46,413 bases of DNA from assembly GCA_035541035.1 (NCBI GenBank), contig DATLFO010000104.1:1-46413 (forward strand), read 5' to 3'. The number at the start of each line of letters is the position of its first letter. Position 1 is the stretch's first letter. Both the position numbers and the translations under genes were made by a program. Source of the stretch: Actinomycetota bacterium (GTDB lineage Bacteria; Actinomycetota; AC-67). The notes under the pieces are model-generated. The model was not told the DNA's origin. It saw only the letters and a program-made list of their open reading frames with translations, and did no database searches. This document shows, one piece after another, positions 35,279-42,179 of this stretch.

Positions 35279-35416
35279 ACGAACGAAGCCTCGAGCGCCC
35301 GGGGGGCGCTCATCCTCGCCAAGCACGACATTCCCGCAGCCGCGCTGGTCGGCGGCTGGAATGCGTGGGCCGCTACGCAGCCGGTCGAGCCGATCGTGCA
35401 CGAGCCCGCCGGCTGA
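35279..35416 (+). other. In-frame continuation encoding the remainder of the rhodanese domain (possible Sec read-through segment or pseudogenised 3' end)
   Basis: 45 sense codons read TNEASSARGALILAKHDIPAAALVGGWNAWAATQPVEPIVHEPAG, then TGA. GC3 is high. The hairpin GAGCGCCC-GGG-GGGCGCTC lies at 35293-35311. Confidence 0.6.
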
Positions 35417-35450
35417 TCGTGATCTGCGGTGCCGTCGTCGCGCTTCGGCG

Positions 35451-37484
35451 CTACGACAGCACCGACAGAAACGTTCGGTTCGGGGAACCCAATCCTGTAT
35501 TGGTGTCGTAGCCGCGGCGGGGCGGGTTCGACAGGAACTCTTGGTAGGTTTTGAGTACCACCGTCTGGCCCTGCGACGCGTCCGTCGCGTTGACCCACTG
35601 CCGGCGCACCTCGGCCTTGACGCCCGGAATCTCGACGATGTCGCGGAACGCCGCCGGCTTGGTGCGCGACAGCGCGTACAGCGCCGGATTCACGAACCCC
35701 GCCGCCTTGCCGCTGCGCTGGTTGACCAGCGTCAGCATCGCGCCGAACAGGGCCGTGGACGCGGTATCGGCGTTGATACGGCGCTCCGCGTACTTGACGG
35801 TGCCGTCGGGATAGGTCTGCGTGTAGCCGATCATCAGGCCGGTCTCAGCATCGCCGTTGACCGCGATGTCGGGCACGGTCCGGCCGTGCGTTCCGTCGCT
35901 GCGCTGCGACAGCAGATACGGAACAGAGCGCCGCTGATAGTCCGGCTGCCCGTAGATCGCGCTCCGGCCGCCGCCGCTTCCGCGGAACGAGCCCGCCGAC
36001 GGATCGGACCATGCGCCGTCGCGCAGGACGCGATGCGTCTTGGCCCAGCCCATCTCGCCGAGGTATGCATCGCCGCGGCCGAGGATGAGGCTGGTCGCGC
36101 CGACGGCGGTCACGAGCGGGTTGTGCGCCGGAAACGACACCGAGGGATGCGCCGGGATCACCGGAACGTTCGGCACGACCACATCCGGCTCGCCCGAGAA
36201 CACCTCGAGCTCGCCGGTCTCGTAGGCGTTGAAGTACGAGTTGTCACCCAGATCACCCGATGCGAACAGCAGCGAGATGCCGGTCGCGGCCGCCTGCTCG
36301 GCGGCGCGGTCGATGGGCGCGGTGTCGCCGGGCGTGACGAGCGCCTCGCTCACCGCGTACCAGCCGTTGACGATCACGTTTCCATAGTGCTGATCCACCG
36401 CGAGCAGCGTCGCGTTCGGCAGGTCCATCGAGGACGTGGAGCCGATGTAACGCAGGTCGGCACCCGGCGCGATCGCGCGCATGGTCTCGAAAAGCATCGC
36501 CGCCTGGACCGCCCACACCGCCGGCCGCAGGAACGATCCCGTCGGATCGTTCGGCGTCTCGTAGGCGCCCGGATACGAGAATTGGCGGAACTGCTCGGGC
36601 CGCAGCGCCGGGATCCGGTTCCGCTTCGACCACGTGTCGATGTCCGACGGCAGGCTCCGGATCGCGTGCGAGCCGATCATCACGATCGTCTGCCCGCGTC
36701 CGTCGACCTTACGCGCGTGCAGCGTATCGGCGCCGTAGGCCTTGCGAAGGCCCGCGACCGACACGCTGCATCGAACCGCGGGATTGGTGCGCCCGTACGC
36801 GGGCGGTGCGCCGCGATCGAGCGTGGCGCCGTCGTAGGCGGAGCAAGGCGCGGCGTAGGCCACGTAGGACGGCGGACGCGCATCCGCCGGGTTGGCGGGC
36901 GTCTCGGGCACGACGGGCGGGTCCTCCACGCGGCTCGGGCGAAACAGCGCCGAAGCCTCGTCGAGTCCTCGGATGGTCAGGCCGAGGCCGGCGAGATGCG
37001 CGGGAAGCGACGGCGCGCGGTCGGGTGCGCGCAGCGTCATGCCGCCGACACGGTAGGTCGACAGCGTCACGCCGAAGACGCGCTCGATCTGCGCGGCCGT
37101 GCCGCGCGCCGGCACCACGACGCGATTCAGCGGCATCCGTCCGACCACCAGCCCCTGCGAGCGCAGCCACGAAACCACCGCATCGACGGTCGCGGACGCG
37201 GGCGCGAACCGCGCGCGGAACTTCTCGCTCGTCAGATACGCCCGGTACGACGGCGAGGCGGGATCCGACACGGCGCGGACCAGCCGCGACACCGCGGCGG
37301 GATCGCGCCACGGCAAGATCAGCTCGACGCGAACCTCGCGGGCCGGGTCAACGCGCGCGACACGCGCGGAGGCCACCGCCCAGGACGGCACGAGCGACGG
37401 AAACGATACGGGGGCGGCCGCCTGCGCCGGGAGCAGCCCGGCCGCCAGGATCGACGCCGCGAGAAGCAGCGGGAATCGTCTCAT
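35451..37484 (-). CDS. Secreted sedolisin (peptidase S53) family homologue with pro-kumamolisin-type propeptide, apparently non-catalytic
   Basis: A signal peptide is followed by a pro-domain (SPSYRAYLTSEKFRARFAP...). LLFASGDLGD (oxyanion Asp motif), AIAPGADL and the C-terminal GYDTNTGLGSPN are family-typical. The GTSxxxP Ser motif reads ADTASTA, and no ExxxD is seen upstream of AIAPGA. Confidence 0.7.
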   Translation of the reverse strand: MRRFPLLLAASILAAGLLPAQAAAPVSFPSLVPSWAVASARVARVDPAREVRVELILPWRDPAAVSRLVRAVSDPASPSYRAYLTSEKFRARFAPASATVDAVVSWLRSQGLVVGRMPLNRVVVPARGTAAQIERVFGVTLSTYRVGGMTLRAPDRAPSLPAHLAGLGLTIRGLDEASALFRPSRVEDPPVVPETPANPADARPPSYVAYAAPCSAYDGATLDRGAPPAYGRTNPAVRCSVSVAGLRKAYGADTLHARKVDGRGQTIVMIGSHAIRSLPSDIDTWSKRNRIPALRPEQFRQFSYPGAYETPNDPTGSFLRPAVWAVQAAMLFETMRAIAPGADLRYIGSTSSMDLPNATLLAVDQHYGNVIVNGWYAVSEALVTPGDTAPIDRAAEQAAATGISLLFASGDLGDNSYFNAYETGELEVFSGEPDVVVPNVPVIPAHPSVSFPAHNPLVTAVGATSLILGRGDAYLGEMGWAKTHRVLRDGAWSDPSAGSFRGSGGGRSAIYGQPDYQRRSVPYLLSQRSDGTHGRTVPDIAVNGDAETGLMIGYTQTYPDGTVKYAERRINADTASTALFGAMLTLVNQRSGKAAGFVNPALYALSRTKPAAFRDIVEIPGVKAEVRRQWVNATDASQGQTVVLKTYQEFLSNPPRRGYDTNTGLGSPNRTFLSVLS

Positions 37485-37524
37485 ACCCGGGACGATTCGA
37501 CGCCGCTCGCCCTGCTCCTTCCCG

Positions 37525-37992
37525 CTACAGGCGCAGCGGCTTGATCGGTGAGCCGATCAGGGACGGGTCGGACCGCCAGTCGACGCCGGGAACGTCGATG
37601 TAGAGCTCGATCTCGTTGCCGTCGGGGTCGGCGATGTAGAGGCTGTGGGTGACGGTGTGGTCGCTCGCGCCCTGAATCGGGACGTCGTTGTCCTGGAGCT
37701 TCTTGACGACCTCGCGCAGCTCGTCGTCGCTGTCGCCCACCTTCAGGCCGAAGTGGTACATGCCCACGCGCCGGCCTTCGGGGAGCGGCGCCGCGTTCTG
37801 GCCGACCTCGAGGAGCAGCAGCTCGTGGTGGGTGCGGCCGTTGTCGGCCGAGAAGGCCGCGACCGGGATCCGGCTCGGCTCGTTCGGATCGGGCAGGATC
37901 TGCCGCCACCCCAGCACGTCGCGATAGAACCGTACCGACCGCTCGATGTCCCGCACGTATAGCACCACATGTCCGAGCTCTTTGACCTGCAT
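37525..37992 (-). CDS. VOC (glyoxalase/bleomycin-resistance/extradiol dioxygenase) family protein
   Basis: LGHVVLYVRDIERSVRFYRDVLGW... and ...HSLYIADPDGNEIELY are the typical paired beta-alpha-beta-beta-beta modules. Confidence 0.8.
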   Translation of the reverse strand: MQVKELGHVVLYVRDIERSVRFYRDVLGWRQILPDPNEPSRIPVAAFSADNGRTHHELLLLEVGQNAAPLPEGRRVGMYHFGLKVGDSDDELREVVKKLQDNDVPIQGASDHTVTHSLYIADPDGNEIELYIDVPGVDWRSDPSLIGSPIKPLRL

Positions 37993-37995
37993 GCC

Positions 37996-38544
37996 TCATC
38001 GCCTCCTGCGGAAGCAAACGATAGTATGGTCGTCAACTATTCCCACGGCCTGCATGAAGGCGTAGCAGATGGTCGGGCCGACGAACCGAAATCCTCGCTT
38101 GGCCAGCGCCTTGCTCATCGCGATGCTCACCTCGGTCTTGGCCGGCAGCTCGTCGAGTCTTTCGAAGCGGTTTACGACCGGCTTGCCCTTCGTGAACGAC
38201 CACACGAAATCGCTCAGCGGCTCCTCGAGCGCCAGGATCGCGTTTGCGTTCGAGATCGTGGACTCGATCTTCGAACGGTTCCGCACGATCCCCGGATTCT
38301 TCATCAGCCGATCGACGTCGCGCTTGCCGAAGCGCGCGACGGCGACGGCATCAAATCCCGCGAACGCCGCGCGGTAGCCCTGCCGCTTGTTGAGGATCGT
38401 GTTCCACGACAGGCCCGCCTGCGCACCTTCCAGCGTGAGCATCTCGAACAGGTGCACGTCGTCGCGCGACGGCACGCCCCATTCGTCGTCGTGGTAGGCG
38501 ACCATCAACTCGCTGCCGCCCTCCGCCCACTCACATCGCTTCAT
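37996..38544 (-). CDS. tag: DNA-3-methyladenine glycosylase I
   Basis: MKRCEW...YHDDEWGVP...LFEMLTLEGAQAGLSWNTIL...FVGPTICYAFMQAVG are hallmark Tag motifs. The protein is 182 aa. Confidence 0.9.
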   Translation of the reverse strand: MKRCEWAEGGSELMVAYHDDEWGVPSRDDVHLFEMLTLEGAQAGLSWNTILNKRQGYRAAFAGFDAVAVARFGKRDVDRLMKNPGIVRNRSKIESTISNANAILALEEPLSDFVWSFTKGKPVVNRFERLDELPAKTEVSIAMSKALAKRGFRFVGPTICYAFMQAVGIVDDHTIVCFRRRR

Positions 38545-38581
38545 CGAGGCGATGATACGCCGCAGCGCCGGCCGGCCGGCC

Positions 38582-38926
38582 TCAGTCGCGGCGGAAGCCG
38601 ACCGGCACGGGCGGGTCGGTGAACATCGCGGTGTCGAGGAACTCCCACCAGTCCTCTTGGCTCACGCGCTCGGACTCCCAGCCTTCGTCGGCCTTGAGCG
38701 TGCCGAGCGCGGCACGGTAGGCACCCCACGCGGCCTCGTCTTCGAACGCGGCCCAGTTCTCGAGCACGTAGACGCCGCCGACGATCGAGTAGTACCAGCG
38801 GACCTCTTTGACCATCGGCAGGTCGCGGTAGAACCACTGCTCGCGCGCCTCGAGCCAGGACCAGAACTCCTTCATGTTCTCGCGCGCACGACGCGCGAGC
38901 CGCATTCGGTACCGCAGATAGATCAC
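38582..38926 (-). CDS. Hypothetical Trp-rich 114-aa protein (possibly a ferredoxin-like alpha+beta fold)
   Basis: ATGA overlap with the cupin stop, and high GC3. No family was recognised. Confidence 0.5.
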   Translation of the reverse strand: MIYLRYRMRLARRARENMKEFWSWLEAREQWFYRDLPMVKEVRWYYSIVGGVYVLENWAAFEDEAAWGAYRAALGTLKADEGWESERVSQEDWWEFLDTAMFTDPPVPVGFRRD

Positions 38927-39552
38927 ACCTCACCCCCGAACGTCCGGACGAAGCACGGCCCGCCGCACGCCGGCAGCGGATCGCCGGCGACGACGAAAGC
39001 GTACGCGGCCTGCGTCAGATCGAACAGCTCCGCGGTGACGGCCGCGGGCGCGCCGGCCTCGACGCTCTCGGCCAGCCAGGCCGCGTCGCGTTCGCCTCGG
39101 CGCAGCCGTCGCGCCAGCCTGTTTCCGAGCGGCGAGGGCTCGACCGTATGCGCGGCATCGTCGTGCAGAGACCCGAACATTGTTTTGACCATCGGCGTCG
39201 GAGCGCCGGACTCCGAGGTTTCGCGCCACCGGGCCGGGCCGTCGAAGCGCGCGAACACCAGGCACTCTTCGGCGGCCTCGGTCCAGGAGCGCACCGACCC
39301 GGCCGGCACGTATCCCCAGTCGCCCGCGCGATACGTCACACCGCTCATGTGCAGGACGCCGCGGATGACGACGAGCTCCTCGGCGGCCTCGTAGAAGCCG
39401 GATACCGGCCGCGACCAGCCCGCCGGGAAGCGCACGAAGAGCGTCTGCGCGCGTGACGTCTCGTCGCTGCGGAGCCGAACGATCGGTACGGGCGCGGTGC
39501 CGCCGGGAATGGGGAACTCGGTCCAGCCGGAGACCGATTCCGGCGTGATCAC
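38923..39552 (-). CDS. Cupin domain protein (ChrR-like cupin)
   Basis: GTG 39552 overlaps the upstream stop (GTGA). The cupin core is LFVRFPAGWSRPVSGFYEAAEELVVIRGVLHMSGVTYRAGDWGYVPAG. The upstream part of the listed 317-aa ORF lies out of frame over the heme-oxygenase gene. Confidence 0.6.
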   Translation of the reverse strand: MITPESVSGWTEFPIPGGTAPVPIVRLRSDETSRAQTLFVRFPAGWSRPVSGFYEAAEELVVIRGVLHMSGVTYRAGDWGYVPAGSVRSWTEAAEECLVFARFDGPARWRETSESGAPTPMVKTMFGSLHDDAAHTVEPSPLGNRLARRLRRGERDAAWLAESVEAGAPAAVTAELFDLTQAAYAFVVAGDPLPACGGPCFVRTFGGEV

Positions 39553-40259
39553 GGGTGGTGGGCCGCGAGATCGCTCATGAGCTGCTCGGCCTCTTCGACG
39601 GACACGTGCCGCAGGCCGAAGTCGGCGGCCAGCTCGTCGGTGAAGTCGATCTGGTGCTGCCAAGCGCCGTTGACCTCGTCCACGCAGCGTTTGATCTGAT
39701 CGTCGTCCAGCGGCATCGAGTTCATCTTCTCGTGGTAGGACTTCAGGAATCCGCGCGGGTCCTCGATGCGATCGAAGCGGAAGAACGCGGTTCCCTGCTC
39801 GTCGAACCCGTAGGCCTTGTTCATGATCCGCAGGTTGATGCGCTGCGCGAGCACATTGCCGAGGTATCGCAGCCATTGGTGCGGCGCGAACGCGGGCGGA
39901 AAGCGATCGATCGTCGAGCGGATGGCGGCGACGTAGGACTCGGTCTGCGGCGACGGCTTGACGCGGTCACGCCAGTCCTCGCCCGCCAGGAAACGCATGT
40001 CGGCGTCGATGGCGGCACTGCGGTGCAGCTCCGGCGTGTGCATGCGGCCCACGACCGAGTCGTCCTTCAGGGCCTCCGACGTCTCCTCCAGCGCCGCGTA
40101 GATGTAGGAGAGCCGGCCGAGATACTCGATGTAGGCGTCCTTGGGAAGCTCGGCCTTGAAGAACACGACCATGAAGGGCCGGCGCTCGGCGGCACGATGG
40201 ATCTCGGCGCTGTCGCGCATCAGGGATTGCCACAGCCCGGGCTCGTCCCGCTCGCTCAC
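39549..40259 (-). CDS. Heme oxygenase family paralogue with a degenerate distal-helix motif
   Basis: GAGGAG sits 6 nt before GTG 40259. A proximal-His context (SAEIHRAAERRPFM) is present. The canonical RYLGDLSGGQ reads RYLGNVLAQR. Confidence 0.65.
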   Translation of the reverse strand: MSERDEPGLWQSLMRDSAEIHRAAERRPFMVVFFKAELPKDAYIEYLGRLSYIYAALEETSEALKDDSVVGRMHTPELHRSAAIDADMRFLAGEDWRDRVKPSPQTESYVAAIRSTIDRFPPAFAPHQWLRYLGNVLAQRINLRIMNKAYGFDEQGTAFFRFDRIEDPRGFLKSYHEKMNSMPLDDDQIKRCVDEVNGAWQHQIDFTDELAADFGLRHVSVEEAEQLMSDLAAHHP

Positions 40260-40336
40260 CGCTGCCTCCTCGGGTTCAAGATAGGGGTCGGGCGCGACCA
40301 CCCCGCCGACGGCCGCGCCCCGACCCTGCGTCGATC

Positions 40337-41047
40337 CTACGCCTGTGCGGCGACGAGATGCTTATCGCCGAGAAGCGTCGCGAGCTCGATGTTGTATTCG
40401 TAAGCGACCATGACCTCTTCAATAATGAGCTTTTTGGTGGCCGCGTCTACCGGGAGGTCATCGAGGATCGAACGGTATTGCTGCTTGAACTCGGCGGCGT
40501 CGCCGATCTCGGCGAAGTCGTAGTAGGTCAGGCCTTCGCCGTTGAGCTTCCACGCGTCGCGAAGCGCCGCCGCGATGAACAGGCCGCCGGAGAGGTCGGC
40601 CATGTAGCGCACGTAATGGTGCGCGACGAACTGCGCAGGGGATGCGTTGTTGATCCGGTCGCAATACTCCTGGACGACCGGCAGGATCGGATAGGTGCCT
40701 TTCCAGTCCGGGCCCGCGAAGAACGCCGCGTCGGCCGCGACGTGCTCGCGCCGGTACAGGTCCTTGAAGATCACGCGCGAGGCGACCGGATCGTCGAGCA
40801 TCTGCTCGGTCTTGGTCTCGAGCGCGTCGTAGATGTACCAGGTCTGCGCGAGCAGGTCGGCGTAGCCTTCCTTGCTGACGGTCGCTTTGACGAGCGACTG
40901 CTCGAACGGAGAGTACTCGGCGCGCTGATGGTCGCCCCAGGACTCGCGGCGCATCACGCGAGAGAACGGCTTCGTTGCGATGGCTTCGTCGACCTTCTCG
41001 CCGAGGCGAGTGGACGCCTCTTCGACGCGCTTGAGGATCTTGGACAT
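40337..41047 (-). CDS. Heme oxygenase (biliverdin-producing type, HmuO/HO-1 family)
   Basis: GGGGGAG sits 7 nt before ATG 41047. Proximal-His context GDHQRAEYSPF and distal helix VAHHYVRYMADLSGG. Length is 236 aa. The upstream part of the listed ORF overlaps the IclR gene end. Confidence 0.75.
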   Translation of the reverse strand: MSKILKRVEEASTRLGEKVDEAIATKPFSRVMRRESWGDHQRAEYSPFEQSLVKATVSKEGYADLLAQTWYIYDALETKTEQMLDDPVASRVIFKDLYRREHVAADAAFFAGPDWKGTYPILPVVQEYCDRINNASPAQFVAHHYVRYMADLSGGLFIAAALRDAWKLNGEGLTYYDFAEIGDAAEFKQQYRSILDDLPVDAATKKLIIEEVMVAYEYNIELATLLGDKHLVAAQA

Positions 41048-41129
41048 GACCTGCTCCCCCTGGGAGGCCGGGAACGCCAGCATTGAGTGGCTTCTTTGCG
41101 ACGATCTGTCGTCAACGGTATCGGGTTCG

Positions 41130-41164
41130 CGACAACCCGTCAAGAACATAGTGACGGATTGTCG
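41130..41164. promoter_or_regulatory. Imperfect 13-bp inverted repeat in the heme-oxygenase promoter region
   Basis: CGACAACCCGTCA (41130-41142) and TGACGGATTGTCG (41152-41164) have one mismatch. They flank the AT-richer spacer AGAACATAG. The element lies between the IclR stop and the HO start. Confidence 0.35.
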
Positions 41165-41172
41165 GAAAAAGC

Positions 41173-41946
41173 CTAGGGCCGGTAGCCCAGGCGGCGGGAG
41201 AGCCGGTCCGTTGCGTCCAGAAGCTTCTTGGCCAGGTCGGTGGCCTCGCCGCGGAAGCGCTCCAGCGGGCCGCACACACTGATCACGGCCGCAGGCTTGC
41301 CGTCGTGGGAGAAGACCGGAGCGGCCACCGAGCCGGCTCCCTCCATGCGCTCCCCCAGCGACATCGCGTAGCCGCGATCGCGGATGTCCTTGAGCTCCTT
41401 CGCGAGCGCCGAGCGGCTCGTGATCGTCAGTCCGGTCAGCCGCTCGAGCGGCTCGGTCAGGTAGTCCGTCTGCTCATCCTCGTCGAGATAGGCCAGGAAG
41501 GCCTTCGAGGAGGCCCCCGCATGCAGCGGAACGCTCAGCCCGAGCTGCACCACCATCTTCACGTCGCGGTCGGGAGTGACCTGATCGACGTAGACCCGCC
41601 GGTCGCCCGTGCGCAGCGACAAGGTCGCTGTTTCGTGGGTCTCGCGCGAGAGCGCTTCCAGCACCGGCCGGGCCACACGCGGAACCTCCGTGCGGTTCAC
41701 GAACGCAAGGCCGAGGTGCAGAGCACGCGGCCCGAGGGTGTAGCGCCGCGACGCCTCGTCGAGCTCGATGAAGCCCTTGGCCCGGAAGCTCGACAGGATC
41801 CGGTAGACGACGGCCTTGGACAGGTTTAGGGCTTGCGCGATCTCGGTGACGCCGAGCGTGGGCTCGTCCGCGTCGGCGAACAGCGCCAGCACGTCGGCGG
41901 CTCGCTCGATCGCGACGATCGTCTGTCCCTGCGCCTCACGCGCCAT
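41173..41946 (-). CDS. IclR family transcriptional regulator
   Basis: The N-terminal wHTH is IERAADVLALFADADEPTLGVTEIAQALNLSKAVVYRILSSF. The C-terminal IclR effector domain reads ...GAGSVAAPVFSHDGKPAAVISVCGP. The start is set at ATG 41946 (MAREAQG). Confidence 0.85.
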   Translation of the reverse strand: MAREAQGQTIVAIERAADVLALFADADEPTLGVTEIAQALNLSKAVVYRILSSFRAKGFIELDEASRRYTLGPRALHLGLAFVNRTEVPRVARPVLEALSRETHETATLSLRTGDRRVYVDQVTPDRDVKMVVQLGLSVPLHAGASSKAFLAYLDEDEQTDYLTEPLERLTGLTITSRSALAKELKDIRDRGYAMSLGERMEGAGSVAAPVFSHDGKPAAVISVCGPLERFRGEATDLAKKLLDATDRLSRRLGYRP

Positions 41947-42051
41947 GATCGCCAGCGTACCGCACAGCGAAACGAAATCGAAACGCCGTTTCGCGTCGCC
42001 GTTCGTACCGTCGACGTGCGGCGGATGCCGGAGAGGGGCCGGGGGCCCCGG

Positions 42052-42119
42052 ACCCTGTGCAACCAAGTTGCAATGAAGGCGCGACGGGGGGCCAGGGCTG
42101 TAACTTGGTTGCACAGGGT
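42052..42119. repeat. Perfect 18-bp inverted repeat with a 32-nt spacer between the hydantoinase and IclR genes
   Basis: ACCCTGTGCAACCAAGTT (42052-42069) and AACTTGGTTGCACAGGGT (42102-42119). Each arm contains a nested half-palindrome, TGCAAC-N3-GTTGCA. Confidence 0.7.
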
Positions 42120-42179
42120 TCCCTAGGGACTCCCCCGGGCTCGAACCGGCGGCACGCGCGGGATCGGCTGCGCGAAAGG

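Noticed and set aside
35227-35511. A 94-aa plus-strand ORF downstream of the antiporter.
   Set aside because: It is in a different frame from the rhodanese continuation and has Arg-rich composition. The frame-0 continuation after the TGA explains the coding signal.
41048-41172. IdeR/DtxR iron box upstream of the heme oxygenase genes.
   Set aside because: Nothing resembling TTAGGTTAGGCTAACCTAA. The CCTAGGGCC...GCCCAGG similarity near 41173 is not a dyad and lies in the IclR coding end.
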